Assembly: GCA_033442325.1 (NCBI GenBank)
Contig: JAWQFM010000020.1
Span: 89,824-153,823 of the forward strand
Length of the DNA stretch: 64,000 bases
Direction of reading: 5' to 3'
From: Salpingoeca rosetta
Lineage: Eukaryota > Protista > Choanoflagellata
Shown here: piece by piece, positions 55,036 through 64,000 of the stretch
Position numbering within the stretch: the stretch's first letter is position 1
How the letters are laid out: the number at the start of each line of letters is the position of its first letter
Translations under genes and position numbers: made by a program
The notes under the pieces: model-generated
Databases searched by the model: none
Seen by the model: only the letters and a program-made list of their open reading frames with translations
Told to the model about the DNA's origin: nothing

Positions 55036-57054
55036 CGTTCTCTCTTCCTCTTCCAGGCGCCATCCCTGTTCCTTTAACACCCCATTCCTCGCCAATCACC
55101 AACCACCACCACCACCACCACAGATTGTTGACATGCAGGAGGAGGCGGTCGCGCGGCCATACTACAAAGTGCTCGCCGAACACTTTGCCTCCGTCCGCGA
55201 TTTCTCAAACGCAAAGAAGTGCGTGTGCGTGTGTGTGCGTGTACGTGTGCGTGTGCGTGCGTGTGCGTGTGCGTGTAATGATGACGCCCTGCTGATGCTT
55301 GGAAGATGTGTTGATCTCTGGCGCTGGCATTCACACACATACAATGCACACTTGATCAGCCAGTACTCACATACATGCACGCGCACACGACACACGCACT
55401 GCTGCAGGTACTACATCAAGAACCGCACGCCCAAGGCTGCGATTGAGATGTATGTTGCTGCGGGCAAGTGGGACGAGGCGCACAAGCTCTCGAACAAATA
55501 CATGCAGAAGGAGGACGTTGCTGACATGTACCTCGACAAGGTGCGCTTCGCGGCGCTGCGCTGCAGAGGGATGTGTGTGTGTGTGCCTGCTGTGTACATG
55601 TGTGTGTCTACTGTGTGTGCATGTGTGTATGGTTGCGTACGTTCAGTGTGAAGGTGTGAAGCCCCATTTTGGCCTCTCACTCATAACACACATGCACACA
55701 TCCACGTTTGCCAGGCTGGCGAGCTTGAAGGGCAGCACAAGTACAAGGAGGCCGAGAAGCTGTACATCTCTGTTGACGAGCCTGATTTCGCCATCAACAT
55801 GTACAAGCGCATTCGCCAATACGACGATATGGTGCGCACTCGCTCGCAGGAGCAGGGCAGAGAGGAGGGTGCAGGGGAGGGGAGACAGAAGGGAAGAAGT
55901 GTGTGCAGGGCTGAATGGGGGCGGGGTGAATGCTCAGCGACTGCGGAAGGAGTGCACTTGTGCACGTTACTTGCACGTGATCGAGACGGTTGTCTTTGAC
56001 AGCACCAGTCCACACTTCTTATTGCTCATGTTCTTCTTGTTGCTGCTGTTGGTGTTCTGACTGTCGTTGTCGGCAATGGCGTTCCGATGCCTGCAGGTTC
56101 GACTCATCAAGCAGTACCATCCAGATTTGCTCAAGGATACACACATGCACCTTGCAAGCGAACTCCAAGGTCCCACCTATGTGCATTGTTTCGCCTGCTA
56201 TGCGGGCCGCTTTGCTTGTTGCTCCTCTTCAATTATTCATGTGTGTCTCGTGCTGCTCACACAAACACACACTAAAACAAACAAACACACGCACTCAAAC
56301 AAACAAACACACGTACACGCACACACGCACGCACGCACATCAACTTGCGTGACCATTAGAGGAGGGCCAGCTGGCGCAGGCGGAGACGCACTTTGTCGAA
56401 GCGGACGACTGGCGCAGCGCAGTGAACATGTACCGTGGAGCCGACATGTGGGACGATGCATACCGCGTCGCAAAGGCACACGGCGGCCAGAACGCAGCAC
56501 AGCAGGTCTGATAGCGTGCGACTTGTTTGTTCGTTTGTTTGCGTGTTTGTGTGTGTGTGTGTGTGTGTGCGTGCGTGTGTGCGCGTGCGTGTATGTGTGC
56601 GTGTGTGCGCGCGCGCGTGTGCGTGTGTGTGGTGCACTGCCACAAATGTTGCTTTTGCCTTTCTTCGCCAGTGAGCACAGTTTTATGTATGCACACGCAC
56701 ACACTCACTCACCCCTCCAAATGCTCGCATCAATCCACACCACACTTTGTTGACATCAGGTGGCCTACCTGTGGGCGAAGAGCCTTGGCGGCGACAGCGC
56801 TGTGAAACTCCTTGTGAAGCTCGACATGGTGTCTGTTGCCATTGACTTTGCGTGCGATCAGAGCGCGTTTGACTTTGCCTTTGAGCTGGCACGCTCGGCA
56901 GCCAAGGAGCGGCTGAGCGACGTGCACCTGAAGCACGCCATGCACTTAGAGGACGAGGGCATGTTCAAGGAGGCTGAGGAAGAGTTTGTGCGTGCAGGCA
57001 AACCGAAAGAGGCGGTGCTCATGTATGTGCACGCACAGGACTGGGACAGCGCTC

Positions 57055-57103
<49 letters not shown>

Positions 57104-59019
57104 GTGTGGTGTTGTGTGGTGTTGTGTGTTGTGTGTGGGTGCGTGTGTGTGTGTGTGTGTGTTTGTGTGCATACTTGTGCACCATGTACGCCCGCTCATT
57201 TGCTTCTTGCGAGAATAAGCTCCAGCAGCACCCAATGTCATATTCCTCTTTGCATCTCACCCAAGCCCAATGCCCCCCGTTCCACCAAACCAACCTCCCC
57301 TCCCCCTCCCAAACACGATTCAGCGTGTTGCTGAGGGCCATGATCCGGACAGCATCTCCGATGTGCTGGTGGGCCAGGCCCGAGTCGCCTTCCAGAACCG
57401 CGACTTTGCGGCTGCAGAGACGTTCCTGCTGCGGGCAGACCGCCCCGAGCTCGCCGTGCGCTACTACAAGGAGGCAGACATGCTGCAGGATGCACTTCGC
57501 CTCGCCACGGAGTACGTGCCAAGCAAGGTGCCGGAGATCAAGGCACTCATTGCCAAGAAGGGGACACCCATGCCTCCAGGCACGCACGGCGATGACGTCA
57601 TGGAACGCGCGCGCATGCTGGAGGCGAGCGGGCAGCACGCCAAGGCGGTTGAGGAGTACCTGAAGGTGACGCCGGAGAGCGTGCGCGACGATGACGTGGT
57701 GGAGGAAGCGTGCGAGAAGGCGGCTGAGCTGGCGACCAAGTTTATCCCGGCCAAGGCAGCGGATGTCGTCACCACTGCATGCAGGAGCCTCGTCACAATC
57801 GGTCAGTGGGGCATTGAAGCGGCCTCGTTGCGTGTCGTTTGGCGTAATGGAGGGAAGGGGGTGATTGCGCTGCCTCTCATGCATGTTTCATCCATGAGGT
57901 TTCAATATGTATTCCCACCCACTCGCACAAAACTGACATCCCCTGTCCCTCTCCTCTTTGAATCTATCCTATGCCCCTGCTTACTGCTCGTGCGCTGCCA
58001 TCATTATCACCATCACCACCAGGGCGGTACGGGGTGGCTGCGGACCTGTTCCTCGGCATCGACATGCTGCGCGAGGCAGTGGAGACGTGCATGGCAGGCA
58101 ACCTGTGGGACCGCGCAAAGAACCTGGCAGACGGCGACGACGACCTCGCTGCATATGTGCAGGAGCGTTACGAGGAGCACCTCAAGGAGACGGGCGACCC
58201 CACCCGGCTGGTGGAGGTGAACGTGATTGCAGCGCTGGACATGTATGCGCAGCAGCGGCAGTGGGAGCGGTGCATGGCGGAGGCAGAGAAGCACGGTGGG
58301 CAGGTGCTGAACAAGTACGCGGCACTGTACGCAGCAGACCTGCTGGACCAGGGCGATGTGGTGCACGCACTGGGCGTGTTCAAGCAGCACGGCGCGCCGT
58401 CCACGCCGAACAACTTCAACCTCTACCGCAAGCTCACGCTCGATGTGCTCAACGCACCGCACGTGTCTGGGTATGGCGTGTACGCGGACCTGCGTGACGT
58501 GCTCGCTGGCGTGTGCACGGGCCTCTCTGCACCGCAGCACGGGCAGGGCGTGGTGGACGAGTTTGACCGCCTCACGCGCATCTGCCACTACATGGCGCTG
58601 AAGAACGCGTGCAAGGACGTGGGGGAGCTTGCAGACCTCTTCACCAAGCTCAACGTGGCGCTGCTGCGGTACACGGACACGGTACCCGCCGACCGGGCGT
58701 TCTACGAGGCCGGCATGGCGTTCAAGGACCAAGGGCGCGACAACATGGCGTTTATGCTGCTGAACCGCTTCCTGGACCTCTCCGAGGCAATCGAGGAAGG
58801 CGACCTGGATGGCCTCGACAACACGGATTTCGTGGACACGGACATACCGTTTGAGATTCCGCTGCCGGATGCGCCAAGCATTGCGGAGGACGAGCGGGAG
58901 GAGATCAAGGACTGGGTCCTCGCCGTCTCCATGGACCAGCAGATTGACCAGGTGCCGTGCATGTGTGTATGTGTGTTGTGTCCTGCGTTCGTGTGTGTGT
59001 GTGTGTTGTGTGCTGCGTG

Positions 59020-59055
<36 letters not shown>

Positions 59056-59405
59056 TGCCACCAAAGATGGATATCCTGCCTCACCTTTGAATGTGCCTCC
59101 CTCCTCAACGTCTCATCCCCCTTCCCCTCCCCCACCTCTCACCCTGCAGGTGCTTGAGAAGGATGAGCGCGGTGTCTTTATTGGCACGCTGGTTGACAAG
59201 ATGCACAACAAGACCTACCAGCCCTGCGTCATCTCAGGATTCCCCATCCTTGGCGCCGCCGTCGACATGGACGACGGAAAGGTACGTTGTATGTGTGTAT
59301 TTTGTGTGTGTGTATTTTGTGTGTGTGTGTGTGTACTTGTACGTTGTGATGCGTGCACGTGCTGGATGAGATGATCTCACCACCACCTAATCTTCCACCA
59401 TCATC

Positions 59406-59455
<50 letters not shown>

Positions 59456-59595
59456 ATGCGCAGGTTGCGTCGCGTGAGGATTGGAACAAGTTTGTCATGG
59501 CGGTGAAGACGCTGCACAACGATGATCTGTCGGATGTGCTTCGCTTCCTCAACACCTGGTGTGGCGCTCCCGCCAACCCCTCCTACGCCTTTTAG
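47628..59595 (+). CDS. IFT172: Intraflagellar transport protein 172 (WD40 + TPR); multi-exon
   Basis: MQLRHLQT...[149 protein letters not shown]; stop at 59593-59595. Confidence 0.98.
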
Positions 59596-60085
59596 CCTTC
59601 TGGCCCTTGCTCTGCTGTGCTGCTGTACATGTCTCTGTGTGTGTGTGTGTGTGTGTGTGTATGCGTGTGTGTGTCTGTGTCTGCGTCTGTCTGTGTGTGT
59701 GCGTTGTTCTGCTTCATCAACTTCCATCTTGCCTCTTGTCCCATTGCAGAAATACATGTTTTGCCGTGTGCGATTATTGTGAGAGATTTCCATACATTTT
59801 CTTGGATGTGAAGCGCGCAAAGGCCAAACCGTCGTTTGGAGGCTGCTTGTGGTGTTGTTGTTGCTGTTCTGTTGTGAGACGGCGGGAGAGCGCGAACAAG
59901 CAGGCCAGAGCACGAGCAGACAGACAACCCCAGACAAGCACACAGCGCGGTTGTGGCGGTTGCTGCTGCTGTTGTCGTCGTTGCTGTTGATTGGAATTGG
60001 CAGCGATCCCGTTGGTAGCTGTGTGTCTGGCGGGTGATCCCCCGCTGTCTGCATTGAGACAGTGTTGCGCAGCCGCCTTTCTTTG

Positions 60086-60418
60086 GTGAGTGGCTGAGCG
60101 AAATCGTGGTGGAGTTGTCCGTTCTATGCGGTGCGTTGAAGTGGTGGTGTTCGTGTGTGGAGTTTGCGCGAACGCTGCGTGGACGATCCCTTTGTTTAAC
60201 AGTGCTTCGTTTGATGTTGTCACGGGTTCTGTTGGAGCGGGGGGCCTGCTTGCTTGCTTTGCCCTCTCGCGCTTTGCATGTGTGTTGTGCATGTGCGTTG
60301 TACATGGGTGGGCGATGTTGTTGTGGGTGGAATCGTGCAGCGTGTCGTGTTTCTGTACCGTCGCACAACCTCACTCATCACCGACACCATTATCACGGAC
60401 ACGATTTCTTGTGTGCAG
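60086..60418 (+). other. Probable 5'-UTR intron of the PP2C gene
   Basis: Consensus donor GTGAGT at 60086 and acceptor TGCAG ending at 60418, 11 nt before the ATG. No transcript evidence. Confidence 0.4.
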
Positions 60419-60429
60419 GGAAAGGAAAG

Positions 60430-64000
<3,571 letters not shown>

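Noticed and set aside
58013-58732. 239-aa minus-strand ORF
   Set aside because: Antisense to a long IFT172 exon with strong codon bias.

Overview
Intron-rich, GC-rich eukaryotic DNA with (CA)n/(TG)n microsatellites in most introns and one 100-N assembly gap. Gene content and style suggest a choanoflagellate, most like Salpingoeca rosetta (inference). I assembled nine spliced protein-coding genes by hand: glycine decarboxylase P-protein (minus, 3' end outside the window), an HCN channel (+), a MIF4G + PAM2 + acidic Paip-like protein (+), PIF1 helicase (-), a secreted bacterial-type metzincin with tandem PPC domains (-), a 14.6-kb kinase-less transmembrane receptor ending in an SH2 domain (-), ChaC gamma-glutamylcyclotransferase (-), IFT172 (+) and a PPM1G-like PP2C (+, 3' end outside the window). 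Most ORFs in the supplied track are microsatellite artefacts. The main points of interest are: complementary (UG)n/(CA)n tracts at opposite ends of many introns; a repeated E2F/CDE-CHR-like motif upstream of PIF1 and of the receptor; probable bacterial-origin extracellular modules; a Paip1/Paip2-like hybrid architecture; and a candidate transposon remnant in an intronic microsatellite. I recognised no tRNA, rRNA or CRISPR array. All homology calls rest on motif recognition, not database searches.
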